Shown: positions 1 through 11,399 of the stretch, piece after piece
Layout of the letters: the number at the start of each line of letters is the position of its first letter
Numbering within the stretch: position 1 is the first letter of the stretch
NCBI RefSeq assembly: GCF_006345805.1
Contig: NW_021833019.1
Coordinates: forward strand, 1-64,000
Direction: 5' to 3'
Length of the DNA stretch: 64,000 bases
Source of the DNA: Octopus sinensis
Lineage: Eukaryota
The notes under the pieces: generated by a model
Told to the model about the DNA's origin: nothing
Seen by the model: the letters and a program-made list of their open reading frames with translations, nothing else
The model's database searches: none
Translations under genes and position numbers: made by a program

Positions 1-59
1 GAAGTGAGCTCATTGTAAATACTTCTCACAATTTTTATGCTACATTCATGATAAGTGTT

Positions 60-1550
60 GTAGTTAATGTTACAATTGCAGGCCTTCCACTATAAGGGTG
101 AACCTCTTACCAATATCTTTTTTCCAGATAATTTAAAGAGATTTGAAGGAATTCTTATATTCTTATCTATATTTTCAGATTGTTCTTCTTCTGAGGGCAT
201 CAGTTCTTCATTAAATATACTTTCTCCATGGTACCCTAGCAACTCAGCTCCGTCATCTTCTTTGACATCATAAAATCCTATATTACATGCAAGTGTCAAA
301 ACATCTTTCCAAACTTGATATAGGCCTTCTGCTTGTGGAAATCTTATAAAGTCACAGATGCAGTCTGGTCATATATTTTTTCAATCACCATTCAAATTTT
401 AGGGTTTCACTTTGTCCCATCACTCGTCTACATTATCCACAGCTCCCATTATGCTTAACTTCTTCCAGATGTCTCTAAATATAAGTTTCTTTCCTGTCAA
501 TTGTTTTCATAAGCTGTTTGGAAGTTCTCAAATGAAATGACTTAATGTTTGCTGTCACACACTGTTCTATTGACTGGAAGAAGAAAGTTTTTGCTCTACT
601 TTTACACTAACAGAAACTTCATTTAAGTTCACTAGGTAGCTTTGTGTATTGTTTGTTGAAAATATTGGGTGACACTACCCTTCTATAGGATGAAAAATAT
701 TTGTAAAACAATTTTTGAAAGGACTTAATAGTCCTTTTATTCATATTTGAACAAAAATTCAGTGGTAGATGAAACTTTGTGTGTTGCCTTGAAAATCCCA
801 GGATTTTCAGGGCGATGCTCAAGTAGGAATTTTAATTTCATATCACCATATCACCAGCAGCATTTGTTCCCAGAGTGTCAGATGAATTTTGGAAGATTTA
901 AATCCTGGTGTTGATTTTTCTCCTTGAGAAATTATAGTTATAGCAAAAAAGTTTAGTTTCATCAACATTGTATACTTGCTGTCAGCAATGGTTGTCATCA
1001 ACTACTCAGGATAATTAGATGCAGTCTCTCTGTCTGCATTGGCAGCTTCACAATCCTTTTTATGTTGTACGAATTCAAGCACTTCTTAAACCCTTCAAAT
1101 CATTCTTTTGTAGATAGGAATAGATATTCACTACAAGTTTCACCTTCCTTTTTCTGCAACTCCTCAATCAAACTATTGCTTTTTTCTCTCTTTAATTTTT
1201 TTATATTTACCATTATGCTTTTCTGTATGCTCCAATGAGTCTGATCCCCAACCCATACATTCAAGACCCATTCCGTTTTAGGATTCACATCAGATTTACA
1301 AAAATGATAATGTCCAGATAGTTTTGTTTTGTTCATTTACAAAATCCTTCTATTGTTCAGTTAGACGCTAATGGTTGTTATTTTTTCTCTGTTTCATAAG
1401 GTTCTATTTGAATCCTAGAAAGGATGCTTTGATCTTATGTTTGCATGATACAATTACTTCTGAATGCCTATTAATTACATAGTTTCTGAATGTAATGATC
1501 TTCAGAGTTTCTTCTAGGTATATGTTACACACCCACAGTGTTCTATTGTA
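60..1550 (-). mobile_element. Degraded Tigger/pogo (TIGD1-like) DNA transposase remnant
   Basis: Broken minus-strand frames give pogo DDE_1 motifs in order: GEAANADRETASNYPE, (F)NVDETKLF...TPGFK, GDMKLKFLLEHRPENPGIFK, HLPLNFCSNMNKRTIKSFQKLFY (cf. FLPPNTTSLIQPMDQGVI..FK), and C-terminal TLACNIGFYDVKEDDGAELLGYHGESIFNEELM. Many stops and frameshifts; no TIRs located. Confidence 0.85.
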
Positions 1551-1944
1551 TGGCCTAACGTTTTTTTATTCTAGACCAGTTAGTTGTATGTTCTACTCCA
1601 GTTCGTTATTTCATTGACAATTTTTCGTGGTATTTCCAGTTACACCAATGTACACATATTTTAGTGCATATCTCATCACTTCACATTTGTAAATTACATT
1701 CTTTACAATGCAGTTGTTATTAAATTTGCATTCATTTTCTCATCTGCAGTTACATACTACATTACCGTTTCTGGTTTGGCTGTTTTCCTGCTCCTCATCT
1801 GATTTATGTTGTGCACATCAGTGTTTGTGTGTGCCATATTTCCTGAAGAAATGCATGAACAGAGACCCACCAGATATACATGGGTATTACAGATTATATT
1901 GTAATCATCACATGAATGTAAACTATGGTCCCAAAACACCTCCC

Positions 1945-1981
<37 letters not shown>

Positions 1982-1982
1982 A

Positions 1983-3601
1983 CAGTGGGGGGAAATAAAT
2001 ATTCGTATATGTCAAAATTCTTTATTTATTTAATTTCTAATGAACATAAATAGGATATACCAATACTCTATTTGCATACACATGCATAAACTAAGAATAT
2101 GCAAAAGAAACTAATAAATTATAGTAACTAAGGAATTTATATACAATTATAAATATTTAGGGGTGAAAAAAGTATTCGTACAGAACATAAATAACTGATA
2201 ATTCTGATTTAATACTTCGTAGCATAACCATTATTCAGTTCCACTTCAACCAATCTCTTCTTGTAGTTCTTAATCAATGACTTGCATGTTTCTTTAGGAA
2301 TTTTTTCCCATTCTTCTTGACAAATTTTCTTCAAATCTGCAATGCACGTTGGGGCTCTTGAATGAATCTTAATTTTCAAATAACACCACATATTTTCAAT
2401 GAGGTTCAAGTCAAGTGACAGGCTTGGCCATTCTAATAATTTTATATTGTGATCGACTATCCATGTTTTGGTAGACTTCGCTGTGTGCTTAGGGTCGTTA
2501 TCCTGTAGTAAAACTCACCCTTCACAAAGCTGGAGTTTTTCTACAGGGTCCCATAAATTATTGTTCAAAATATTTTGGTACATCTCTGCATTCATTCCAC
2601 CATCTATCACATGTAAATTGCCAGTATCATTTGCAGAGAAACACCCCCACACCATGATGTTGCAACCTCCAAACTTTATGGTAGGAATTGTGTTTTTCGG
2701 CGAATAGGCAGTACTATCTTTCCTCCAAACATGGCTACGCGAAATTTCATCCAAACAATTCAATTTTCGACTTGTCTGTCCATAGAACTTTTTCCCAGAA
2801 TGTGTCAGATTTATCTTTATGTTCATAAACAAATTTTAAATGGGCATCTCTATGCCTTTTAGTCAACAGCGGAGTTTTTCTAGGAGAGCGTGACTTCAGT
2901 TCATTCCTATGAAGTTCATTGCTGATTGTTTGTAGTGTAACACTAGTCCCTGAAGCTAACAAATCTTCTTGCAACTCCTTTCTGGTGATCATTGCATTTT
3001 TTTTTTTTTTTGATTCTTCGCTTCATTTTTCTTAAAGCTCTAGGGGAAATCTTGCGTGATGCACCAGATCTTATTCTGTTTTCAACAGTTCCCAATATTT
3101 TATATCTTTGAATAAATGAAGATATGGTAGAAAATGGAATACAAAGGGTCTCTGATATTTTCCTGTAACTTTTACCTCCTTTCCACTGTTCAATAATTAA
3201 GTTTTTCACTGTATTTAGGAGTTCTTTACTCTTCGCCATTATTACGATACTACTTTATGTTGTCTCACTGCTGAATGAAGAAGATAGCGTTTTGATACTT
3301 AAAAATGACAACTGATAAGATTATTGGAACAAACAAGAAAGTTCTATTAAAAATAAATATTATAACAGTATTTTGTGGCATAGAAAATCAAAAATTTATT
3401 CTGTACGAATACTTTTTCCAACCCTAAATATTTATAATTGTCTATAAATTCCTTAGTTACTATAATTTATTAGTTTCTTTTGCATATTCTTAGTTTATGC
3501 ATGTGTATGCAAATATAGTATTGGTATATTCCATTTATGTTCATTAGAAATTAAATAGATAAAGAATTTTGACATATACGAATATTGATTTCCCCCCACT
3601 G
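1983..3601 (-). mobile_element. Tc1-family DNA transposon, IR/DR type, complete with both TIRs
   Basis: TIRs of about 203 bp at 1983-2185 and 3399-3601 (CAGTGGGGGGAAAT...), about 8 mismatches by eye. TA on both flanks. Each TIR carries two related direct repeats (aatattcgtata / agtattcgtaca). Confidence 0.97.
2209..3239 (-). pseudogene. Tc1 transposase (DD34E), disrupted by two frameshifts and one nonsense codon
   Basis: ORFs 2943-3239, 2747-2992, 2515-2832 and 2209-2409 join into MAKSKEL..HTH..WTDKSKIELFG..GGCNIMVWGCFS..LQDNDPKHTAK..WPSLSLDLNLIENMW..GYATKY*. Frameshifts at the poly-A run (~3005) and at ~2745; in-frame TGA at 2515-2517. Confidence 0.95.
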
Positions 3602-3762
3602 TATATATATATATATATATATACGTACACTTACACAACATTAGAGCATTTTAGCTCATATTTCTAGCAATGTATGTGTTTCTAACACACTAGTCACATT
3701 TAGTGACAATTATAGTTTTCCTTTTTGGTGAAACACTGCAAACTGCTGCCTTCATTAATTAT

Positions 3763-3782
3763 ATATATATATATATATATGC

Positions 3783-3837
<55 letters not shown>

Positions 3838-3864
3838 TATATATATATATATATATATCTATAT

Positions 3865-3917
<53 letters not shown>

Positions 3918-3965
3918 GCATATATATATATATAATATATATATATATATAATATATATATATAT

Positions 3966-4005
<40 letters not shown>

Positions 4006-4011
4006 TATATG
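3763..4011. repeat. (TA)n microsatellite
   Basis: Imperfect TA dinucleotide tract, followed by (CA)n at about 4158-4260. Confidence 0.97.
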
Positions 4012-4072
4012 TAATATGGTATAATTATAAACAAAGCAATTTTAGCCATTTCTCTGCAGACTGAAAAAAATA

Positions 4073-4137
4073 CAATCAACAACCTTAATCGATTTTCGAA
4101 CCTTATTGGGTTCTCATCGGAGACATTTATATCATTC
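4073..4137 (-). ncRNA. Minimal type I hammerhead ribozyme, degenerate (core U4>C)
   Basis: Minus strand reads aaugucu-CCGAUGA-gaacc caauaa gguuc-GAAA-AUCGAU-UA|agguuguu. Stem II 5 bp, palindromic stem III (AAUCGAUU), stem I pairs with wobbles. It lies at the 3' end of a putative minus-strand Penelope-like remnant. Confidence 0.7.
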
Positions 4138-4230
4138 TGACAGTCTCCAGAGAAGCATACATACACACACACACACCACACACACACACACATACACACA
4201 CACACACCACACACACACACACACATATAC

Positions 4231-4259
<29 letters not shown>

Positions 4260-4261
<2 letters not shown>

Positions 4262-5000
4262 TTCGTGCTGTCTACTTGACCTCCACTCACATATCTTTTT
4301 CCATTCTGTATTTATAGTGATGATACTTCAGAATCAGGGATGCTGGTGTGTAAGGTTGTAAGAGTTTGGGAGAAAAGGAGGTGAATACAAACCATGGAAT
4401 AAAACAGGTCAAATGAACATAGGAGATGTAATAAATCATGAACAGGGAAAGGATTTACGTATATAAGTGGACACAGTAAGAATAAGGAATAGATGCTGAC
4501 TGGAAATAGTACAAAGGAAAGGAAGTGGTAACTCACAGTACAGAGATGGCAATATGTATGGTATAAATGTATGGTGTATTCTGTTTTTGTTTCTTACAGC
4601 AGCAGAATAGCACTTTCGACAGGAGAATGATGGAGGGCTCATTATAGGGTCATGAGTTGTGGGGCTGGCAGTTGTGATTGGTGGGGAAATTGAGAAAGGG
4701 ATACCAATTTGAAGGGTGGAGGATCATTTGTGGTATGAACATGGAATGGCTGTCTGTTGGAAGTGGCAGCAGATGTAAGATGTGGTGAATAGTGGAAAAA
4801 GGGAAAATCAATAACAATAGTGGAGGTTAGCTCATTGATGGTAAGGATAAAGGACAAATGTCAATAGGTGAACCATACTTAGGAGTGGTTTTTAATGGCA
4901 TGAAGAGGAAATGTGAAGAAGAGAAAGATGCAGTTTAAAAGAGGTGATTTAGTTCGGTTTCTTGGGGTAGCATGTATGAAAACATTGTTGCATATAAAAT
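4260..5000 (-). mobile_element. Possible degraded Penelope-like retroelement (GIY-YIG region)
   Basis: Weak resemblance to the PLE endonuclease region (PSFSCRKCY..., YIRKSFPCS), plus a same-strand hammerhead just downstream at 4073-4137. Protein similarity alone is weak. Confidence 0.35.
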
Positions 5001-5585
5001 ATACACTATCTATATAATAATTTGCTTCTTTGTTCACCTGTTATACTTTCGTTTGTTAGAGAGGTGGAAGTGGAATGAGAGAGAGGGAGAAATATGGTTA
5101 GAGAAGCAAGAAGTGAGGAGTATAATAATACGCTAAGGTCAAATGCATCACGTAGTTAGTTGAAGTGGGAGGCAAAGAGCAAGACACAAATACGATGAGA
5201 GGAAAGTGGGAGAGAGAAGTGTTAATGACATACTGTAGGTTGGAAAGAGAAAGAGGGAAATGTTAAAGACATGAAGAGGGGAATTACATGGTTAAAATGT
5301 TTGTTGAAGAGGTAGAGAGAAAGAGAGAAATATAAGGTGCTTAGCAGAAGAAAATTTTAAAATCATATACTATTTTGCAACTGGAAGTGAAATCACTTAG
5401 CAAAATACAAATAACAATCATCCTTTCTTTCTTAAATAGCTTTGCTTAATCTCTTTCGTTCTGTGGAATTTCCACAGATCTCACTAGTATTTTATTTTTT
5501 TTAGTTACTTTTTGTACAATATCAAAATATTAAAACTATCCTCTCCAAACAATAAATGTGCACATCTTTATATAATTTTTTGAAG

Positions 5586-5645
5586 CTAATGAAGAGCAAT
5601 ATGCTGAAGCTAGTGGGCCCAGTTATTTAGAATTGAAACCAGCAG
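5586..5645 (+). CDS. Host-gene mini-exon A1 (60 nt, phase 1-1): xNEEQYAEASGPSYLELKPA
   Basis: Acceptor ttttttgaAG, donor GTAAGT, length a multiple of 3, open frame, paralogous to three other copies in the window. Confidence 0.7.
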
Positions 5646-5865
5646 GTAAGTATAAACAATATTGTTAGTACACAGCATGATCTTAAAAATTATCTTAAAC
5701 ATTAACAGAAAGCTAACAATCATGAAATGTATCATTCTCTAACTTTTATCTATTAATATGTGTGTATGAGTGTGTTTGAGTCTGTCTCATTAGCATTTAT
5801 TATTGTAGTATCAACACAATACTAACATAACGCTATTTATTGTTTTTATTTTTTATTTTTTAAAG

Positions 5866-5907
5866 ACATGAAGATTTCTTATGTTAATGTTTCAAGGAAA
5901 CCTGATG
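5866..5907 (+). CDS. Host-gene mini-exon B1 (42 nt, phase 1-1): DMKISYVNVSRKPD
   Basis: Long polypyrimidine tract + taaAG acceptor, donor GTAATT; in frame with A1; YVNV motif. Confidence 0.75.
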
Positions 5908-6009
5908 GTAATTATATAAGCAATCCAATAATAAAATTTCATTCATTAGAGCAAGAGTTAGCAAAATTTTGGTTCACTCTTTCTTTGAGTAGTATAGGCA
6001 GCTTAATGC

Positions 6010-6370
6010 ATGTCTTTTATTTGTTTCAGTCAATGGACTGCAGCCATGCTAAGGCACCACTTTCAAGGGTTTAGTCCAACAAATCCACCTGAGTACTTAT
6101 TATTTTTAAGCCTTTTACTTATTCTATTGGTTTCTTTTGCTAAACTGCTAAGTTTTGTGGATGTGAACAAATCAACACAATTGTCAAGTGGTGATGGGGA
6201 TCAAACGCAAAGGCACACACACTCCCTTATATATATACCAAATCCATTCACAAGATTTTGGTCAGCCCAGGATTATAGCAGAATACACTCGCCCAAGGTG
6301 CCTCATCATGTGACTAAACCCAGACCCATGTGTTTGGAAATTAAACTTCTTACCTCACAGCCACACCTAA
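6010..6370 (-). mobile_element. tRNA-derived SINE
   Basis: Minus strand starts AGGTGTGGCTGTGAGGTAAGAAG (A-box-like), then GGCACCTTGGGCGAGTG..GACCAAAATCTTGTGAATGGATTTGG. It interrupts the intron sequence shared with the other exon-cassette units. The same family recurs at ~29930-30220 and ~42560-42890. Confidence 0.75.
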
Positions 6371-6876
6371 AAACCTTTCAAAATATTAAAATTCCATTGC
6401 ATATACGATAAACTTCTTACAGATATTCCTATTTAACTCTAATATTTTACCTTTTTATCAATCCTTACCCTTAATGATGTAGTTCATAAACATTTACTTT
6501 GAAAGCTTTATTTGTACAAAAAAATCTAAATAATTAAGTAATGATGAATTCAGTAGATATTTGCTAAGGCATGAGATACAATGAATGGGAATAAATTTGC
6601 AATAGTAAATGTGATTAACTGTTCTCCTCTAGTATCCAAAATCACTCCTGTTTATTTATAACTCTAGCAAGATATTTATCTTAGAAAAACCCTTATTGCT
6701 CTAAACATATTTGTGAATAGCTTCCCTTAAAGTTAAATATCACAACCAAATATTGAAGTGATGGAAATAGTGCAAACTGTACTAAATATATATAGCTGCT
6801 ACTTTTTGTGTATCATCAAAATATTTAAATCACACCCTGAAAACAATAAATATGCCTTTTATTCTATTTCTTGAAG

Positions 6877-6936
6877 TTGTGGAAGAACAATATGCTGAAG
6901 TTAGCGAGCCCAAATATTTAGAAATGAAACAACCAC
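6877..6936 (+). pseudogene. Mini-exon A2 (VVEEQYAEVSEPKYLEMKQP) with mutated donor (ATAAGT)
   Basis: Clear paralogue of A1 with intact acceptor and open frame, but the +1 donor base is A rather than G. Confidence 0.55.
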
Positions 6937-7181
6937 ATAAGTACAATTGATATTGTTAGTACACAGCACGATCTTAGAACCTATCTTTAAAATAGACAGA
7001 CAGCTAACTATTATGAAGTATGTCACTCTCTAACTTTTGTGTATTAATATGCATGTATGTATATGTGACTGTGTTTGAGTGTATCTCATTAGTATTTATT
7101 ATGGTAGAATCAGTACACAGCTATCTTAATTTAAATATTATTTATAGCCATGCTATTTGTTCTTTTTCTAATTTCTTAAAG

Positions 7182-7223
7182 ACATGGTTGGTACTTACGT
7201 TAATGTTTCAAAGAAACCTACTG
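7182..7223 (+). CDS. Host-gene mini-exon B2 (42 nt): DMVGTYVNVSKKPT
   Basis: tttcttaaAG acceptor, GTAAGT donor, phase 1-1, YVNV retained. Confidence 0.75.
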
Positions 7224-7681
7224 GTAAGTATATAAGCAATTTATTAACAAAAATTATTAACAAAAAATTTAGTGTTAGTACATTCTGATATTATATCCCA
7301 GTGAAGTAAATTTTGTACAATCAGCCTCTCAATAAGTACTACTTTTACATAATCATTAGCATCTTTCTTGTAGAATAGAATTTTGGGTGCCACTTTACTG
7401 AGGAACCCTCTTTCCAAAGTCTAATTTTGAAATGTCATATTAACCAAAATTACTCCTTTTTTCCTTTTGTTCATACCAAATAAATTTATTAGACAATACT
7501 TTTCTTTTTAACAATATGTAAATGAGAGGATGAAGATCATATACTGTACATGGACTCTGGCTGGATTTAAATATTTTTTGTTTCTAAATACATGTATGTG
7601 TATATATATAATTATATTTGTAGAAAAAAGAATAGAAATGGCTTTTCTGATAATTTTTCTACTTCAATAGTTAGATGTTTA

Positions 7682-7910
7682 TAAGTTTACAAAAGGGTAA
7701 CTCCTGAATTCAGTTAGTCAAACAAGACATGGGTGAGGGCAGTTGTTGAGGCCATTGCTTCTGCTTTCCTTTTTTCTTGAAGGTCCTTCCACAGCAACAG
7801 GCCAGTGAAGAACTTTAGAAAAGGAAAGCAGAAGCAATGGCCTCAGCAACTGCCCTCACCCATGCCTTGGTTGACTATCTGAATTCAAGAGTTACCTTTT
7901 TCTAAACTTA
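7682..7910. repeat. Fold-back inverted repeat (MITE-like), arms ~93 bp, loop ~43 nt
   Basis: 7682-7774 is the reverse complement of 7818-7910 with about 7 mismatches. Confidence 0.9.
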
Positions 7911-8321
7911 TCCGCATCAGATCTTGTTTGTTTCATTCATAAAATCTGCATCTCTTAAAAGGAAGTAAAATATTTGAAAATCGGTTATATTGATGTAGTT
8001 TTACATGCTTATTCCTGTGAAGCCATGTACTTGTGGAGAAAGAATTTGATGAAAACTCGAAAAACTGTGTATTTTTAGCCAATAGTGAGACAGAAATTTT
8101 CTGCGTTGTAACATTCTCAACTTAGTGGTGTCAATTTTAATGTTTTACCCTGTGAAATTTATAGTTTAGCATCTGTGAAATGACCTGTTCATTGTAGGTT
8201 TCGAAATAAACAGAAATACCTGATGAAGTCAACATCTATCATCTTACTGTTTCTTTTCTCTCTTCATTGATTTCTGTATGTTTTGTATATTTTTTAAATT
8301 TTTATTTTTATTTGTTATATT

Positions 8322-9820
8322 AATATAAGTGAATAATTCTGGGTAGAAGTAAGGGTCCACCAAGGTTCAGCCCTCAGTCCCTTTTATTCATCATAGTCCT
8401 CCAGGCAATAACAGAGGAATTCAAGATGGGTTGCCCCTGGGAGTTCCTCTATACTGATGACCTGGCCCTCATAACAGAATCACTACCGGAACTAGAAAAG
8501 AAATTTTGGGTGTGGAAGTTAGGTTTAGAATCAAAAGGCCTTATAGTAAATGTTGCAAAGACCAAAGTTCTAGTAAGTAGGAAGGCAAACTCACCACACA
8601 CCCCTTCAGGTAGGTGGCCCTGCTCGATCTGTAGAAAAGGTGTAGGTAGAAACTCCATAAGATGTACCCACTGTAAGCTATGGACGCATAAGAGGTGCAG
8701 CAACATCAGAGGAAAACTAACTGAGAAGATAACTTTCGTGTGCAGCAGATGCACAGGGGCAATAGACACCACAGATACTCAGAAAGCAGATTCCATCACA
8801 CTCCAGGGAGAGAAACTAGAAGTACTTGATAGTTTCCACTACCTAGATGACCAAGTTAGTAGTGGAGGTGGATGCTCAGAGAGTGTCACCACTAGAATAC
8901 GAATAGCCTGGGCAAAGTTTAGAAAGTTTCTACCCTTACTGGTGACAAATGGTCTCTCGCTCAGAGTGAAAGGTAGATTATACGACACATGTGTGCGAAC
9001 TGTCATGCTTCAAGGTAGTGAGATATGGGCTGTGACAGCAGAGAACATGTGTAGGCTTGAAAGAAATGAAGCTAGTATGATCCGCTGGATGTGTAATGTC
9101 AGTGTGCACAGACGACAGAGTGTAAGTGCTCTGAGAGAAATGCTGGACACAAGAAGCATCAGATGTGGCATGCAAGAGAGATGTTTGCGCTGGTATGGTC
9201 ATGTACTATGGATGGATGAGGAGAGATGAGTGAAGAAGTGCCACACCCAAACAGTTGAAGGAATCTGGGGTAGAGGTAGACCCAGGAAGACATGGGATGA
9301 GGTGGTCAAGCATGACTTTTGATCATTGGGCCTCACAGAGACAATGACGAAAGACCGAGATCTCTGGAGATATGCTGTGACTGTGAAGACCTGACAAATA
9401 ACGTGAGTTCATGGCTGTTTCCTGCACCAGCTTCACATAGCAGCCCCAGCCCATCCAAAGTGCCATCGACTGCAGGACGGCTTGCTGTGCTTACCTTGGA
9501 TTGTAGGGCGACCTGCTGTGCTTAAGGAGACCTATTGAGTCAAGTACATCAACATCAAAATAAAAATCAAATGGAAATTGTAGTTGTGATACCTGTGCAT
9601 GTGGCACATAAAAAGCACCATCCGAACATGACCGATGGGTTCCGTACCGGTGGCACGTTAAAAGCACCCACTACACTCACGGAGTGGTTGGCTTTAGGAA
9701 GGGCATCCAGCTGTAGAAACACTGCCAGATCAGACTGGAGCCTGGTGTAGCCTCCTTGCTTCCCAGACCCTGGTCGAACCATCCAACTCATGCTAGCATC
9801 GTTAAATGATGATGATGATG
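8322..9820 (+). mobile_element. 5'-truncated RTE-clade LINE (RT C-terminal half with PHD-like finger, 3' UTR, (GAT)n tail)
   Basis: VGVHQGSALSPLLF, YTDDL, VNVAKTKV, C4HC3 finger, ARIRIAWAKFRKFLPLL, RWYGHV, GRPRKTWDEVV. 3' end ...CATGCTAGCATCGTTAAATGATGATGATGATG. Confidence 0.93.
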
Positions 9821-10014
9821 TATGTATGCGTTTGTTTCACATTAGTTGTTACAGTTGTACTTTATGAAGCCATTGATTTCTACACACAGGAATCAATATG
9901 GGTTGCTTATTTCAGTATTATATATACCTGTTATGTATTTGTGTACGTCACCAATATATATGTGCATGTGGATGTATGTATTCATATATAAGTTTATATG
10001 TACATTTATGCATT

Positions 10015-10055
<41 letters not shown>

Positions 10056-10129
10056 AAAGGGGGTGTCTGTCTCCAAAACTCTAAGTTTGAGTAATGTTTT
10101 CATGCTTGGATTTGGAAACTACAATAAGA

Positions 10130-10620
10130 ATAATCAATCCAATAGACTTTCTAAATTCAGCAGAGTTTATTTCTATTCACTTATCTTTATAGACCCAAGT
10201 TCCTTCAGCATTTGTCCATATTTGGATTTCCAGATTTGGCTTCATGAATAATATAAATGATGAAAGAGCTGAATCCTAAAATCTAGTTGCAAAAAGGGAA
10301 GGTCCAAGTCTGTTCATGTAAACATTGTAGGATGGAGTTCTTCTTGTGCCATTTCAATAGTGTTCTTCCTGAGTCCTTTCAGTTTCAGACTTATCCTTCA
10401 AATAATGTTGTACATGCATCATCGAAGGATTTGAAGAATCATTTTGTTGTCATCATATCCAATTCTGAATAGGCAATACTGGCATGATCATGTTCATTAT
10501 CATCTTCAGGAAAAGAAGATTCATCACAAATAATTTTTTCCCATTCTTTATGAAAGCTGGATAACAATTGTGAAATCTCTTCAAGGCTTAGCTTTTGATT
10601 CTTTCATATTGCGTGGAAGG
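10130..10620 (-). mobile_element. Possible piggyBac-like transposase N-terminal remnant
   Basis: Acidic N-terminal-like stretch (LSLEEISQLLSSFHKEWEKIICDESSFPEDDNEHD) and a weak 'IWTNAEG..W..I..EIN.AEFRK' match. No TIR or TTAA ends verified. Confidence 0.25.
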
Positions 10621-10809
10621 ATTACAAAGGACAAATGAATAGTTGGCAGGCTGTCAATGTTTTATACTTGTTGAATTATGATGCAATGTTTCATCATTCC
10701 TTCAAAGATGATGCAATACTAATTGTTTGTTTCATAAAAATGATGCACTAAATAGTAGTATTGCATCATCTTCAGATATCTTAGTAAATGCTATTAGAGA
10801 TCTTTGCCA

Positions 10810-10930
10810 ACAGTACGGGATGAGGTTGTGCAAACTGATCTCAAAATGCTGAGCCTTACAGAAGAGATGACAATGGATTGGGAGGGTTGGTGCCCTGCCA
10901 TGCTCAAGAAGACCTGCCCATAGCAAGCAG
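10810..10930 (+). mobile_element. Short RTE LINE ORF 3'-end fragment
   Basis: DEVVQTDLKMLSLTEEMTMDWEGWCPAMLKKTCP*, homologous to the ORF end at ~9295-9395. Confidence 0.6.
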
Positions 10931-11399
10931 AACACCTACCCAAAACCTGGTCACAGTATCTCACCATGCTGTATGCACTGAGGATACAACTTTTTTGTAA
11001 CTCTGTAGACCTATATCATATTCTGTCGAGTTTTTGCTAGAAGACTATGAAAATCAATGTTTTTTTTTTCTATTTGCTCAAAAAAGTTCACTCATGACTA
11101 ACTTTGAAATTTTTATACTTGGTTGCATTTGGGTGGGTTTCCAAAATCTAGAACCCTGATAGAATAATAAACAATAAAGGAAAAAAAGATCCATAACTGT
11201 TAAAAGAATTATATTCTACATTCCAGACCAATAAAAAGAAGGTAAGTCATATAAAGTCAAATTAGTCAATAGTCAAGTTGCGGCAAGTCTACAAGAGAGA
11301 ATGAAACTCAATGGCAGGTTAGCTTTGTTCTTGCATGTGGTGTGTAGTTCTTGCATGACCTTAATTGCTCACTCACAGCATTAATTGCTTCTGCTGATC

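Noticed and set aside
3725-4262. Long Y/I-rich ORFs (also 24256-24705, 28296-29527, 39855-40249, 43055-43469)
   Set aside because: These are translations of (TA)n, (CA)n and (TATG)n microsatellites, which lack stop codons by construction.
5598-5636. Canonical ITAM in the A exons
   Set aside because: Spacing is Yxx[A/V]-x4-Yxx[L/M], shorter than the ITAM consensus, so these are reported only as tandem tyrosine motifs.
8215-8260. CTGATGA heptamers at ~8220, 16321, 56667, 57232 and 62132
   Set aside because: None is followed by stem II and GAAA; chance matches or LINE coding sequence.
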